From Longimicrobiales bacterium (GTDB lineage: Bacteria > Gemmatimonadota > Gemmatimonadetes > Longimicrobiales > Gaopeijiaceae): a DNA stretch of 64,000 nucleotides. The position numbers and the translations under genes were made by a program. Shown piece by piece: positions 48,484-58,355 of the stretch (the first letter of the stretch is position 1; every line of letters begins with the position of its first letter). The DNA is taken from contig OZ241869.1 of assembly GCA_965202805.1 (NCBI GenBank), positions 2,816,001 to 2,880,000 on the forward strand, written 5' to 3'. Under the pieces are notes generated by a model that was not told the origin of the DNA, did no database searches, and saw only the letters and a program-made list of their open reading frames with translations.

Positions 48484-49356
48484 CTATTGTCGAACTGCCA
48501 GCTTCCTCGCTCGTCGGGCCGCATCTCGAGGGGGCCGGAATACGCGCGGGGGTCCGGCGCCCGGGCCGATCCGGCGCAGATCATGGGCCAAGGCTCCGAT
48601 CGCCTTCTCCCTCTGCAACCAGCACTCGATCAGCCACTCCCAACCCAGACACCGTCGGGCGGTCGAGGGCCTGACTCCGATCAGCCGGTTCATCTGGTTG
48701 CTCAGAGCGAAGCCGTCGGGATAGCCCAGACCACAGGCGACGGAGTGCAGGCTCTGCGAGGAGTTCTGAAGACGAAGGACCGCGTGAAGAATCCGGGAGA
48801 ACTGCAACCAGTGGGAAGGCACCGGCAGTCCCCTTGACACGAAGCGGCGGCCCAGTGCACGCCGCGACAGGTAGATCGTCCGCGACAGGCTGGCGATGGT
48901 GGTGAGCTGTGTTGCCAACCTGACCGTGCGGCGAATGATGTCGCGCGTCCCGCGGTCGACATGCAGTCCCCTCCACGCCAGGTACTCGGTGAACTCGACC
49001 GGGAGGTCGGTCGGCGGCCGGCGAATGAGAGACTTCATGTCTTCCGGGTCGATATCCTCGTGGTGGGGAACGATGGCTGTGGGCCTGCATCGCCCGATTA
49101 CGTGGAGGAGATCGGTCTCAGCCGTCAGCGAAGATGCGGGCGGAAGAACGAGGATGAGGACGATCCCCGCCGGTCGTCGTCGCGCGATCCTCAGGTTGTG
49201 GGCCAGTTCCCCCGTCCTCAGACGCCAGATCACAGCCGACCCCTTGAGCCCTCTCTCCCGCTCGATGAGTTCGGCCAGCGTCGTCAATGGAACAAGGTGC
49301 CGGTAGGGGACGGACAGGAGCAGAAACGGTGACTGCGGTCGCTTCTTGCCGGGCAT
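48484..49356 (-). CDS. AraC-type HTH regulator
   Basis: Two C-terminal HTHs (LSRRALGRRF; SVACGLGYPD..LSNQM..G.RPS). Confidence 0.8.
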   Translation of the reverse strand: MPGKKRPQSPFLLLSVPYRHLVPLTTLAELIERERGLKGSAVIWRLRTGELAHNLRIARRRPAGIVLILVLPPASSLTAETDLLHVIGRCRPTAIVPHHEDIDPEDMKSLIRRPPTDLPVEFTEYLAWRGLHVDRGTRDIIRRTVRLATQLTTIASLSRTIYLSRRALGRRFVSRGLPVPSHWLQFSRILHAVLRLQNSSQSLHSVACGLGYPDGFALSNQMNRLIGVRPSTARRCLGWEWLIECWLQREKAIGALAHDLRRIGPGAGPPRVFRPPRDAARRARKLAVRQ

Positions 49357-49724
49357 GGGGCGTCCTCGGTGTGGTGAAGGTGACGCACAACACTAGTAGC
49401 CCGCGATCAGCGTCCTATCAGCAAGGCGTGGATGCCACTCGTCAGAAGGGGTTCCAGAGGCTGCCGTCCGGTCTCGTCACGATGCGCCCGTCCTCCCACC
49501 AGCGGGTGGCGCAGATGCTCCCAGCGGGGTGGCGCGGATTGCTCCCCGATCAGTCAGGCGAGAGAGTGATTACACAAATTACGTAAAATACGTAAACCAA
49601 GACCCCGGTCCGCCTCGCGGCTGGCGCGACGGGGTCCGAGGCCGAATGATTCCAGTCCGGGTTGCCCGCCAGCCCGGCCACCCATCCCGAAACCACGAAG
49701 CGGACGATGTCCAGGAGGTCGCAG

Positions 49725-50615
49725 ATGAACCGCAGCACAACCGTGATCGCGATTGCGTTCGCCCTCGCCCTGGGGGGCGCGGGAGAAGCGGCGTCGACGC
49801 CCCTGGGGGCCCAGGAGGTGGGTCCCGCCAACGGCTCGCTGGTGGTTGTCGGGGGCGCCATGCAGGATCTGGGCATCGTGCGCCGCTTCATCGACCTGGC
49901 GGGCGGCGCCGACGCCCCCATCGTCGTCATCCCGACCGCGGGCGGCGCGGCGGAGTACGACCAGTTCTACCCCGGCCTGCGCCAGTTCCGGGCGGCGGGC
50001 GCGACCAACCTGACGGTGATCCACACCAACGACCGCGCCGAGGCCGACAGCGAGGCCTTCGTGGCGCCGATCCGGGAGGCCGGCGGGGTCTGGTTCCCGG
50101 GCGGGCGGCAGTGGCGCATCGCCGATTCCTATCTGGACACGCGCACCGAGGAGGAGCTACACCGCGTGCTCGAGCGCGGCGGCGTCATCGGCGGTTCCTC
50201 GGCCGGCGCCTCGATCCAGGGATCGTACCTCATCCGCGGCGACACGCAGACCAACACCATCATGATGGGGGACCACGAGGAGGGCTTCGGCTTCCTGCGC
50301 AACGTGGGCGTCGACCAGCACCTGCTGCGCCGCAACCGCCAGTTCGACATGCTCGAGGTGATGGAGGCGATGCCCGGGCTGCTGGGCATCGGGATCGACG
50401 AGAACACCGCGATCGTGGTTCAGGGCGACGAATTCGAGGTGATCGGCGAGAGCTACGTCGTCATCTACGACACCGGGGCGCGGATCGACACCGGCGGCGA
50501 CTTCTACTTCCTGGCCCCGGGAGACCGGTTCAACATGGCCACCCGGGAAGCCCGGCGGCCGGCGAACATCGCGCGCCCGCTCGACCGCGTGCAGCGGCGG
50601 CCGGGAGGCCGGTAG
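49725..50615 (+). CDS. Cyanophycinase (peptidase S51) with signal peptide
   Basis: AGGAGG RBS; VIPTA, GGRQWR, GGSSAGA, VDQH..RNR, GIGIDENT. Confidence 0.9.
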   Translation: MNRSTTVIAIAFALALGGAGEAASTPLGAQEVGPANGSLVVVGGAMQDLGIVRRFIDLAGGADAPIVVIPTAGGAAEYDQFYPGLRQFRAAGATNLTVIHTNDRAEADSEAFVAPIREAGGVWFPGGRQWRIADSYLDTRTEEELHRVLERGGVIGGSSAGASIQGSYLIRGDTQTNTIMMGDHEEGFGFLRNVGVDQHLLRRNRQFDMLEVMEAMPGLLGIGIDENTAIVVQGDEFEVIGESYVVIYDTGARIDTGGDFYFLAPGDRFNMATREARRPANIARPLDRVQRRPGGR

Positions 50616-50624
50616 GCCCGAGGT

Positions 50625-53582
50625 TCAGAACACGAACCGCAGCACGAACGTGACGGTGGTCGGCGCGGGCACGCGGTCGGAGGTGCCGACGCCGTCGCCG
50701 TTCGCGCCGTCGTTCCCGGGGATCTCGACGTCCCACCATGGGATCTCCCGGTACCAGGTGAACGCGTTCGAGAGGGTGACGGTGAGCAGGGGGTCGCGGA
50801 TGCGGTCGGGGAGCGCGAAGCCGACGGGGATGGTGGCGGCGAGGCTCCGAAGCTTGAAGTAGTCGCCGTCGAACCAGTAGTCGTCGGCCCCGGCCGGCGT
50901 GCACCGCTCCCGCCAGAGATCGGGCGTGTCGGCCCTCAGGTCCAGCGAAGCCGACGGGTCGACGTAGTACGGCAGGCAGAGCGGCGAGACGACGCCCCTC
51001 GACACCGCGACGGGATTGACGAACCGGACGTTGCCGCCCCGGTACTCGCCGAGGGCCGCGACCGCGATCCCGCCCGGGATGCGGGCCGAGATCGAGGAAG
51101 CCAGAAATCGGGTCGGAAGCTGCGGACCGAGCGGCTGCCGCGCGTTGCCCTCCGCGTCGGTCAGGTAGCGGTCGGAGCTCCACGGCCCGTTGACGGCGTC
51201 CGGATCCGCGACCCGCCGGCCCCGGCTCAGGGGCGCCGGGTGCCCGACCACGAAGCGGGATTCCCGCTCGTTGAACGTGTCCGCGCCGCCCAGGTCGAGC
51301 ACCTTCGAGTGGTTCGTGCCGATCCCGAGCCCGACATCGACCGCCCAGTCCGCGGTGCTCAGAATCGCGGCGTCCAACTGAAGCTCGGTCCCCCGGTTGC
51401 GAATCCCGCCGATGTTGAGGAGCTCGCGGCGCTGGGGGATCGACTCGGCGTCGACGGTCACCGGCACCAGGGCGTCCGTGGTCGTCTGGACGTAGCGGGT
51501 GAAGGCGATGGTGAGGCGGCCGTCCAGCAAGTCCGCGTCCAGCCCGGCCTCCCACTCGGCGTTCGACTCGGGTTCCAGCACGCCGCCCGGCGCGGCGTTT
51601 GCCGGCGCGGCACCGCCCCAATACCGGACGGCCTGCAGGAACGGGCTCAGCGCGGTGCTCGAGTGCCCCCAGGCGGCGCGCAGCCGCAGCGCGCCCAGCG
51701 CCTCGGGCCAGAACGCCTCGTCGCTCGCCACCCACGCCAGCCCCACGCGCGGGTCGAGATGGAAGGAGGCGTCCCCCCGGGCCTCATGGCGGTCGACGCG
51801 CAGCCCCGTGGTGAGGAAATAGCGGTCCCGTAGCGCGAGCACGTTCTGTGCGAAGACGCCGGCGGTCGAAGCGCTGCCCGTCAGGTCGAGGGTCTCGACG
51901 TCGCCGGCCTCTCCCGTCGCCGGCAGGTCGTCGAACAGGCCCGCCCGGGACCGCGTCGTCCACCCGAGGTCGTCGGTCACGAGCTGGGCGCCGAACGACA
52001 GGGTCGAGCGCGTCTCGCCGCGCGTGAACGCCTTGACGCCGAGGTAGTCCAGCGTCCACAGGCGGCGGTCCCAGTCCCGCGTCGTGGTCGCGCCTTCCGG
52101 ACGAAAGGACCCGGGCAGGTACACGGATCGCAGGTCCTGGCGCGAGAAGTCGTAGCCCAGCGACAGGCGATGGGACGCGAGCGCGCTCCGGCTGAACGTC
52201 GTGCTGAGCCCCCCCGTGAAGCGGTCGATCCACTGGTCGTTGTGGTTGCCGAGCAGCCTCGCGATGTCGCGCGGGTCGGACGAGCCCAGGAGGTTGCGGT
52301 CCTGGCGCATCGTGCTCAGGAGGATGCTCTCCGTGCTCCGGCCCGACGCCGTGTTCGATGTCCGGAAGCTGGTGTAGGCCGCCCGGACGCGCGCTTCCAG
52401 GCTCGGCGTGAGGGCCAGCCCCAGGTTGCTCCGGAACGCGTAGCGCTCGAGCCGGTCGAGCGGGAGGGCGTAGGTGTCGTCCTGGTATTCGGCCGACGCG
52501 AAGTAGTCCACGGTCCGGGAGCCCCCGTCGACCGCGAGCCGGTACTTCCGGTACCACTGGCTCCCCGGCCAGCTGCAGCCCCCGTCGGCCGACCCGTTGG
52601 CGTCCTCCCAGCGGGGGTCGTCCGTGACGCAGTCCCCGGACGCGGCGCCTCCCTCGTAGCCTCCGCCCCACCAGGCGTCGCGCAGGAAGTGCTCGACGTG
52701 CAGGTAGTCCACCCCGTTGACCCCGAACCGCGGGACCCAGCCCGTGCCCTGCGACACCTCGGCGGTCCAGCGCGGAGGACCCCTCACGCCGCGCCTGGTG
52801 AAGATCCGGATGACGCCGTTCGACGATCCGGTCCCGAAGAGGGTGGTCGCCGCCGGCCCCTTGATCACCTCGATGCGCTCGATGTCCCCCACGCTGACCA
52901 GATCCAGCGGGCTGGTCGTGACGTTGGCGCCCCCGGGGAGCCCGACGCCGGGGCGGTCGAAGACCTCCGACGGGAAGGCGCCCTCCATCATGCGCACCCC
53001 GTCGATGTAGACCAGCGGGTGGCTGGACAGGACCATGCTGCCGTTGCCCCGCAGCCGGATCTGCCTGCCCTGGCCCGCCTCCGCGCTGCCGCCCGTGACC
53101 TCCACGCCGACGGCGGCGCCCTGCAGAAAGTCCGACAGGGTCGGCGGGCGGTCCAGCACTTCATCGATCTCGAGCCGGGCCACGGTATTGCCGACCTCGC
53201 GCCCCCGCCGGATCCCCGCCTCGCTCGTGACGACGATCTCGTCCATCGCGACCGGCTCCGGCGTCAGCGCGAAGTCCACGACCACGGCGCCGTCCTCCGG
53301 CACGCTCACCGGCCGCCGGAGCGGGCGGTAGCCGATGAGCTCGACCCGGAGGACATGGTCACCGGACGGCACCGCAAGGAGCATGAACCGTCCGTCGTCG
53401 CCGGAAAGGCCGGTGGCGGCCGAGCCTTCCAGGATCAACTGTGCACCCGGAAGCGCCGCTTGCGACTGGACGTCGCTCACGCTGCCCATGACGGTCCCGG
53501 TCTGGGCGGAAAGGCCCGGGGCCACGCTCGCCGCCAGCAGCAGCGCCGAGGCAGTCGAGGTCAGGGTACGCGGACCCTTCAA
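50625..53582 (-). CDS. SusC/RagA-like TonB-dependent receptor
   Basis: TTG start overlaps the upstream stop (TTGA); DEIVVT, DIERIEVIKGPAATTLFG, C-terminal Phe. Confidence 0.9.
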   Translation of the reverse strand: MKGPRTLTSTASALLLAASVAPGLSAQTGTVMGSVSDVQSQAALPGAQLILEGSAATGLSGDDGRFMLLAVPSGDHVLRVELIGYRPLRRPVSVPEDGAVVVDFALTPEPVAMDEIVVTSEAGIRRGREVGNTVARLEIDEVLDRPPTLSDFLQGAAVGVEVTGGSAEAGQGRQIRLRGNGSMVLSSHPLVYIDGVRMMEGAFPSEVFDRPGVGLPGGANVTTSPLDLVSVGDIERIEVIKGPAATTLFGTGSSNGVIRIFTRRGVRGPPRWTAEVSQGTGWVPRFGVNGVDYLHVEHFLRDAWWGGGYEGGAASGDCVTDDPRWEDANGSADGGCSWPGSQWYRKYRLAVDGGSRTVDYFASAEYQDDTYALPLDRLERYAFRSNLGLALTPSLEARVRAAYTSFRTSNTASGRSTESILLSTMRQDRNLLGSSDPRDIARLLGNHNDQWIDRFTGGLSTTFSRSALASHRLSLGYDFSRQDLRSVYLPGSFRPEGATTTRDWDRRLWTLDYLGVKAFTRGETRSTLSFGAQLVTDDLGWTTRSRAGLFDDLPATGEAGDVETLDLTGSASTAGVFAQNVLALRDRYFLTTGLRVDRHEARGDASFHLDPRVGLAWVASDEAFWPEALGALRLRAAWGHSSTALSPFLQAVRYWGGAAPANAAPGGVLEPESNAEWEAGLDADLLDGRLTIAFTRYVQTTTDALVPVTVDAESIPQRRELLNIGGIRNRGTELQLDAAILSTADWAVDVGLGIGTNHSKVLDLGGADTFNERESRFVVGHPAPLSRGRRVADPDAVNGPWSSDRYLTDAEGNARQPLGPQLPTRFLASSISARIPGGIAVAALGEYRGGNVRFVNPVAVSRGVVSPLCLPYYVDPSASLDLRADTPDLWRERCTPAGADDYWFDGDYFKLRSLAATIPVGFALPDRIRDPLLTVTLSNAFTWYREIPWWDVEIPGNDGANGDGVGTSDRVPAPTTVTFVLRFVF

Positions 53583-55174
53583 CCGCCGGCCCGCCCGGAA
53601 TTGGCTCGGTCGCCGCGCTGCGTCGGCCAGGGCGAGCCGGCATAGCCACCGTTCGCCGACTCCGTCTCGACGATCCCGTGTACGGTCCCCCCATCCGAAC
53701 GGGAGGAGGCGGCGGCGATGATCGTGCCATCGACACCGATGGCGGGCGATGTGCGGACGCGGACATCCGAGACGACGTCGCCGCCCGGCTGATAGTCCCA
53801 AAGGAGCCTGCCCCGGGCGTCGAGCGCCGTGACGCCGCGGCCCGAGCCGACATAGACGTTGCCGTCCGCCCCCAGGATCGGCGTGGTCCGGTACCCGGAC
53901 GTGCTTGTATGGAAGTGCCAGCGAATCGAGCCGTCGGGATTGATGGCGAACAGGCCCCTGCCCAGAACATAGATCGCGCCGTCCGGACCGATCGAAGGCG
54001 GCGAGTTGACCTGTACACGAGAGCTCTCGTTGCCCTCGATGGGGCGCCTCACCACGACGCTCCATCGCTCGCTTCCGTCGGGGTCAACCGCGTAGAGCCG
54101 TCCGTCGTAGGAGGCGACGTAGATCGTCCCGTCCGCGCCGATCGAAGGCGGCGCCCTGATCAGGTCCCCCGTCTGGAACGTCCACCGCGGCGAGCCGTCG
54201 TGGTTGATCGCATGCAAGGCATGATCGTCTCCGCCGACGTAGATCGTGCCGTCGCGCGCGACCGCGGGCGAGGAAAAGGTGAAGGTTCTGACGGGGGTCT
54301 CGTAGGTCCACCGGATCTCGCCTTGGGGATCCACCGCGTAGACGTGGTGCCCCCGGGCCACGTGGATGGTCCCGTCCAGTCCGAGAGCGGGAGACGACGA
54401 GATTCGGTCGAGGCCGTCCAGTATCCAGCGAATGGATCCGCCGGGATCCACGGCGACGAGGGCGCCGCCGGAGCCGATTGTGGAGCCGAAATACAGCGTC
54501 CCGTCCGCCCCGATGGCGGGCGTCGACCGGGTGGTGAGCCCAGGCAGATCCACGGTCCAGAGAATGCCTCCCTGAGGCGAGAGGGCGTACCAATGACTTC
54601 GTTCGCCAGGGTTGTCATCCCACCCGACGTAGATTGTGCCGTCGGCTCCGATCGCGACGCCGGCCCTGACCGATCCTCCCCTGCTCCCTTCCGGAAAGGA
54701 CCAGGCGAGCGGAAAGGACCAGGCGACGCGCGCCCGCTCCCGCACCGTGACCGTCAGCCTGCCCGTCACCCCCTGACTGGTCGCGGTGATGGTCGCCGTG
54801 CCGTCGCTCAAGCCGGTGACGGACCGAGTGGACCCGCCATTGCTCAGAATGCTGTCCCCGCTCACGGACGCGATCTCGGGCGCGGAGGACGCCCACGCAA
54901 AACGGTCGGGATCAAAGGCCGTGCGGTACAGCGTGGTGCCGTCCGCGGCCAGCGCCTCCGCAAATGGGCGGAACCGGGTGCCGAGGAAACCGATGGTTCG
55001 TTCGGATGGCGTGATCCGGATCGAGGCGACGACCGTGTCGGGGCCGGATGGAGCGACCGTGTCAGGGGCCGTGGGACCGACCGGCGCGGCGCGCTCTCCG
55101 CCGCACCCGCCGACCGACAGCCACAGGCACGCGCTCGCGGCGGGCAGGATCCACGCCCGGCACAGGGGGATCAT
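53579..55174 (-). CDS. Ig-like (Big_2) + PQQ-like beta-propeller lipoprotein, paralog P1
   Basis: Lipobox VGGC; WASSAPEIASVS..GTATITAT; repeated SP.IG.DG.IYV..L.A..PDGS.RW blades. Confidence 0.9.
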   Translation of the reverse strand: MIPLCRAWILPAASACLWLSVGGCGGERAAPVGPTAPDTVAPSGPDTVVASIRITPSERTIGFLGTRFRPFAEALAADGTTLYRTAFDPDRFAWASSAPEIASVSGDSILSNGGSTRSVTGLSDGTATITATSQGVTGRLTVTVRERARVAWSFPLAWSFPEGSRGGSVRAGVAIGADGTIYVGWDDNPGERSHWYALSPQGGILWTVDLPGLTTRSTPAIGADGTLYFGSTIGSGGALVAVDPGGSIRWILDGLDRISSSPALGLDGTIHVARGHHVYAVDPQGEIRWTYETPVRTFTFSSPAVARDGTIYVGGDDHALHAINHDGSPRWTFQTGDLIRAPPSIGADGTIYVASYDGRLYAVDPDGSERWSVVVRRPIEGNESSRVQVNSPPSIGPDGAIYVLGRGLFAINPDGSIRWHFHTSTSGYRTTPILGADGNVYVGSGRGVTALDARGRLLWDYQPGGDVVSDVRVRTSPAIGVDGTIIAAASSRSDGGTVHGIVETESANGGYAGSPWPTQRGDRANSGRAGG

Positions 55175-56763
55175 CCGCCCGTCCGCCCCGTATTGGCTCG
55201 ATTGCCGCGCTGCGTCGGCCAGGGCGAGCCGGCATGGCCGCCGTTCGCCGACTCCGTCTCGATGATCCCGTGTATGGTGCCCCCGTCCGTTTCGGAGACG
55301 GACGCCGCGATGATCGTGCCATCGACGCCGATGGCGGGCGATGCAAGGAAGTGGTCATCCCAGGGGACGCTACCCGGCTCGTAATCCCACAGCAGCCTGC
55401 CCTGGGCGTCGAGCGCCGTGACAGCAGGGCCCGAAGCAAGATAGACGCTGCCGTCCGCCCCCAGGATCGGCGTGGTCCTGTACCCGGACGTCCGTGAATG
55501 GAAGTGCCAGCGAATCGAGCCGTCGGGATTGATGGCGAACAGGCCGTCGCCTAGGAGATAGATCGCGCCGTCCAGACCGATCGAAGGCGGCGAGTTGACA
55601 CTTACAGAGGAGCCCCCGAAGCCCTCGGGGGTGCGCCTCACCACGACGCTCCATCGTTCACTCCCATCGGGGTCAACCGCGTAGAGCCGTCCGTCGTAGG
55701 AGGCGACGTAGATCGTGCCGTCCGCCCCGATCGAAGGCGGCGCCCTGATCAGGTCCCCCGTCATGAACGTCCACCGCGGCGAGCCGTCGCGGCTGATCGC
55801 ATGCAAGGCATGATCGTCCCCCCCGACGTAGATCGTGCCGTCGCTCGCGACCGCAGGCGAGGAAAAGGTGAAGGTTCTGACGGGGGTCTCGTAAGTCCAC
55901 CGGATCTCGCCCCGGGGATCGACCGCGTGGACGTGGCGGCCGCCGGCCACGTGGATGGTCCCGCCCGGTCCGAGAGCGGGAGACGACGAGATTCGGCCGA
56001 GGCCGCTCAGTATCCACCGAATGGACCCGCCGGGATCCACGGCGACGAGGCTGCCGGCGGAGTCGATGCGGGAACCGAAATACAGCGTCCCGTCAGCCCC
56101 GATGGCGGGCATCCCCCAGAAGGTGAGCCCGGGCACGTCCACGGTCCACAGAATGCCTCCCTGAGGTGAGAGGGCGTACCAATGGCTTGTTTGCGCGGGG
56201 TAGTCATTCCACCCAACGTAGATCGTGCCGTCCGCTCCGATCGCGACACCGCCCCCGATCAATATTTCCGCGGTCGCTTCCGGAAACGACCATTCGAGCG
56301 GAACGGACCAGGCGAGCCGCGCCCGTTCCCGCACCGTGACCGTCAGCCTGCCCGTCACCCCCTGACTGGTCGCCGTGATCGTCGCCGTGCCGTCGCCCAA
56401 CCCCGTGACGGTGCGAGTGGACCCGCCGTTGCTCAGAATGCTGTCCCCGCTCACGGACGCGATCTCGGGCGCGGAGGACGACCACGCAAAACGGCCGGGA
56501 TCGTGACCCGTGTGGTACAGCGTGGTGCCGTCCGCGGCCAGCGCGTCTGCAAATGGGTAGAACCGGGTGCCGAGGAAGCCGATGGTCCGTTCGGATGGCG
56601 TGATCCGGATCGACGCGACGACCGTGTCCGGGACCGAGGGAGCGACTGTGTCCGGGACCGAGGGAGCGACCGGCGCGGCGCGCTCTCCGCCGCACCCGCC
56701 GAGAACCAGCGACAGGCACGCGCTCGCGGCGGGCAGGACCCGCGCCCGGCACAGCCGGATCAT
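55171..56763 (-). CDS. Ig-like + PQQ-like beta-propeller lipoprotein, paralog P2
   Basis: Start MIRLCRAR at an ATGA overlap; LGGC lipobox; same architecture as P1. Confidence 0.9.
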   Translation of the reverse strand: MIRLCRARVLPAASACLSLVLGGCGGERAAPVAPSVPDTVAPSVPDTVVASIRITPSERTIGFLGTRFYPFADALAADGTTLYHTGHDPGRFAWSSSAPEIASVSGDSILSNGGSTRTVTGLGDGTATITATSQGVTGRLTVTVRERARLAWSVPLEWSFPEATAEILIGGGVAIGADGTIYVGWNDYPAQTSHWYALSPQGGILWTVDVPGLTFWGMPAIGADGTLYFGSRIDSAGSLVAVDPGGSIRWILSGLGRISSSPALGPGGTIHVAGGRHVHAVDPRGEIRWTYETPVRTFTFSSPAVASDGTIYVGGDDHALHAISRDGSPRWTFMTGDLIRAPPSIGADGTIYVASYDGRLYAVDPDGSERWSVVVRRTPEGFGGSSVSVNSPPSIGLDGAIYLLGDGLFAINPDGSIRWHFHSRTSGYRTTPILGADGSVYLASGPAVTALDAQGRLLWDYEPGSVPWDDHFLASPAIGVDGTIIAASVSETDGGTIHGIIETESANGGHAGSPWPTQRGNRANTGRTGG

Positions 56764-58355
56764 CGGCCCGCCCGCCCGGTATTCGCGCGATTGCCGCGTT
56801 GCGTCGGCCAGGGCGAGCCGGCGTAACCGCCGTTCGCCGACTCCGTCTCGACGATCCCGTGTATCGCGCCCCCGTGCCGATCGGAGGAGGAGGTCGCGAT
56901 GATCGTGCCATCGACACCGATGGCGGGCGAACCGAGGACATGGACACCCGAGAAGCCGTAGCCACCACCGGGCTGGTAGTCCCACAGGAGCCTGCCCTGG
57001 GAGTCGAGTGCCGTGACGGAGAGGCCCGAACCGATATAGACGTTGCCGTCCGCTCCCAGGATCGGCGTGGTCCACCACGAGGACGCATTCGTATCGAAGT
57101 GCCAGCGAATCGTGCCGTCGGGATTGATGACGAACAGGCCGTCGCCCAGGACATAGATTGCGCCGGCCGGCCCGATCGAAGGCGCCGAGTTGACATCTGC
57201 AGAGCCCTCGAGGCCCTCGGGGAGGCGCATCACCTCGACACTCCATCGCTCGCTCCCGTCGGGGTCAACCGCGTAGAGCCGTCCGTCGTAGGAGGGGACG
57301 TAGATCGTGCCGTCCGTGCCGATCGAAGGCGGCGCCCTGATCAGGTCCCCTGTCTGGAACGTCCACCGCGGCGAGCCGTCGCGGCCGATCGCATGCAAGG
57401 CATGATCGTCCCCGCCGACGTAGATCGTCCCGTCGCTCGCGACCGCGGGCGAGGAAAAGGAGAAGGTTCTGCCGGGGGTCTCGTAGGTCCACCGGATCTC
57501 GCCCCGGGGATCGACTGCGTGGACGTGGTGGCCGCCGGCCACGTAGATGGTCCCGTCCGGTCCGAGCGCCGGAGACGACAGGATTCCGTCAAGGTCGTCC
57601 AGCACCCACCGAATGGAGCCGCCGGGATCCACGGCGACGAGGCTGCCGGTCAAGCCGATTCTGGATCCGAGATACAGCGTCCCGTCCGCCCCGATGGCGG
57701 GCGTTGACCATTTGGTACTGGGGAGATCGACGGTCCAAAGTATGCTACCCTGCGGCGAGAGGGCGGACCAATGGCTTCGTTGCGTAGATGAGTCATTCCA
57801 CCCGACGTAGATCGTGCCGTCGGCTCCGATCGCGACGCCGGCCCAGATCGATCCTGTTCCGGCCCTTTCCGCAAAAGACCATTCGAGCGGAACGGACCAG
57901 GCGAGACGCGCCCGTTCCTGCACCGTGACCGTCAGCCTGCCCGTCACCCCCTGACTGGTCGCCGTGATGGTCGCCGTGCCATCGCTCAACCCTGTGATGG
58001 AAGGAGTGGACCCGCCGTTGCTCAAAGTGCTGTCCTCGCTCACGGCCGCGATCTCGGGCGCGGAGGACGACCACGCAAAACGGCCGGGATCAAAAGCGGT
58101 GCGGTACAGCGTCGTGCCGTCCGCGGCCAGCGCCTCTGCAGATGGGCGGAACCGGGTGCCGAGAAAGCCGATGGTTCGTTCGGATGGCGTGATCCGGATT
58201 GACGCGACGACCGTGTCGGGCGCGGTAGAAACGACCGTGTCAGGGACCGAGGGAGCGACCGGCGCGGCGCGCTCTCCGCCGCACCCTCCGAGAACAACCA
58301 GCCACAGGAACGCGCTCGCGGCGGGCAGGACCCGCGACCGGCACAGTCGGATCAT
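56760..58355 (-). CDS. Ig-like + PQQ-like beta-propeller lipoprotein, paralog P3
   Basis: Start MIRLCRSR at an ATGA overlap; same architecture. Confidence 0.9.
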   Translation of the reverse strand: MIRLCRSRVLPAASAFLWLVVLGGCGGERAAPVAPSVPDTVVSTAPDTVVASIRITPSERTIGFLGTRFRPSAEALAADGTTLYRTAFDPGRFAWSSSAPEIAAVSEDSTLSNGGSTPSITGLSDGTATITATSQGVTGRLTVTVQERARLAWSVPLEWSFAERAGTGSIWAGVAIGADGTIYVGWNDSSTQRSHWSALSPQGSILWTVDLPSTKWSTPAIGADGTLYLGSRIGLTGSLVAVDPGGSIRWVLDDLDGILSSPALGPDGTIYVAGGHHVHAVDPRGEIRWTYETPGRTFSFSSPAVASDGTIYVGGDDHALHAIGRDGSPRWTFQTGDLIRAPPSIGTDGTIYVPSYDGRLYAVDPDGSERWSVEVMRLPEGLEGSADVNSAPSIGPAGAIYVLGDGLFVINPDGTIRWHFDTNASSWWTTPILGADGNVYIGSGLSVTALDSQGRLLWDYQPGGGYGFSGVHVLGSPAIGVDGTIIATSSSDRHGGAIHGIVETESANGGYAGSPWPTQRGNRANTGRAGR

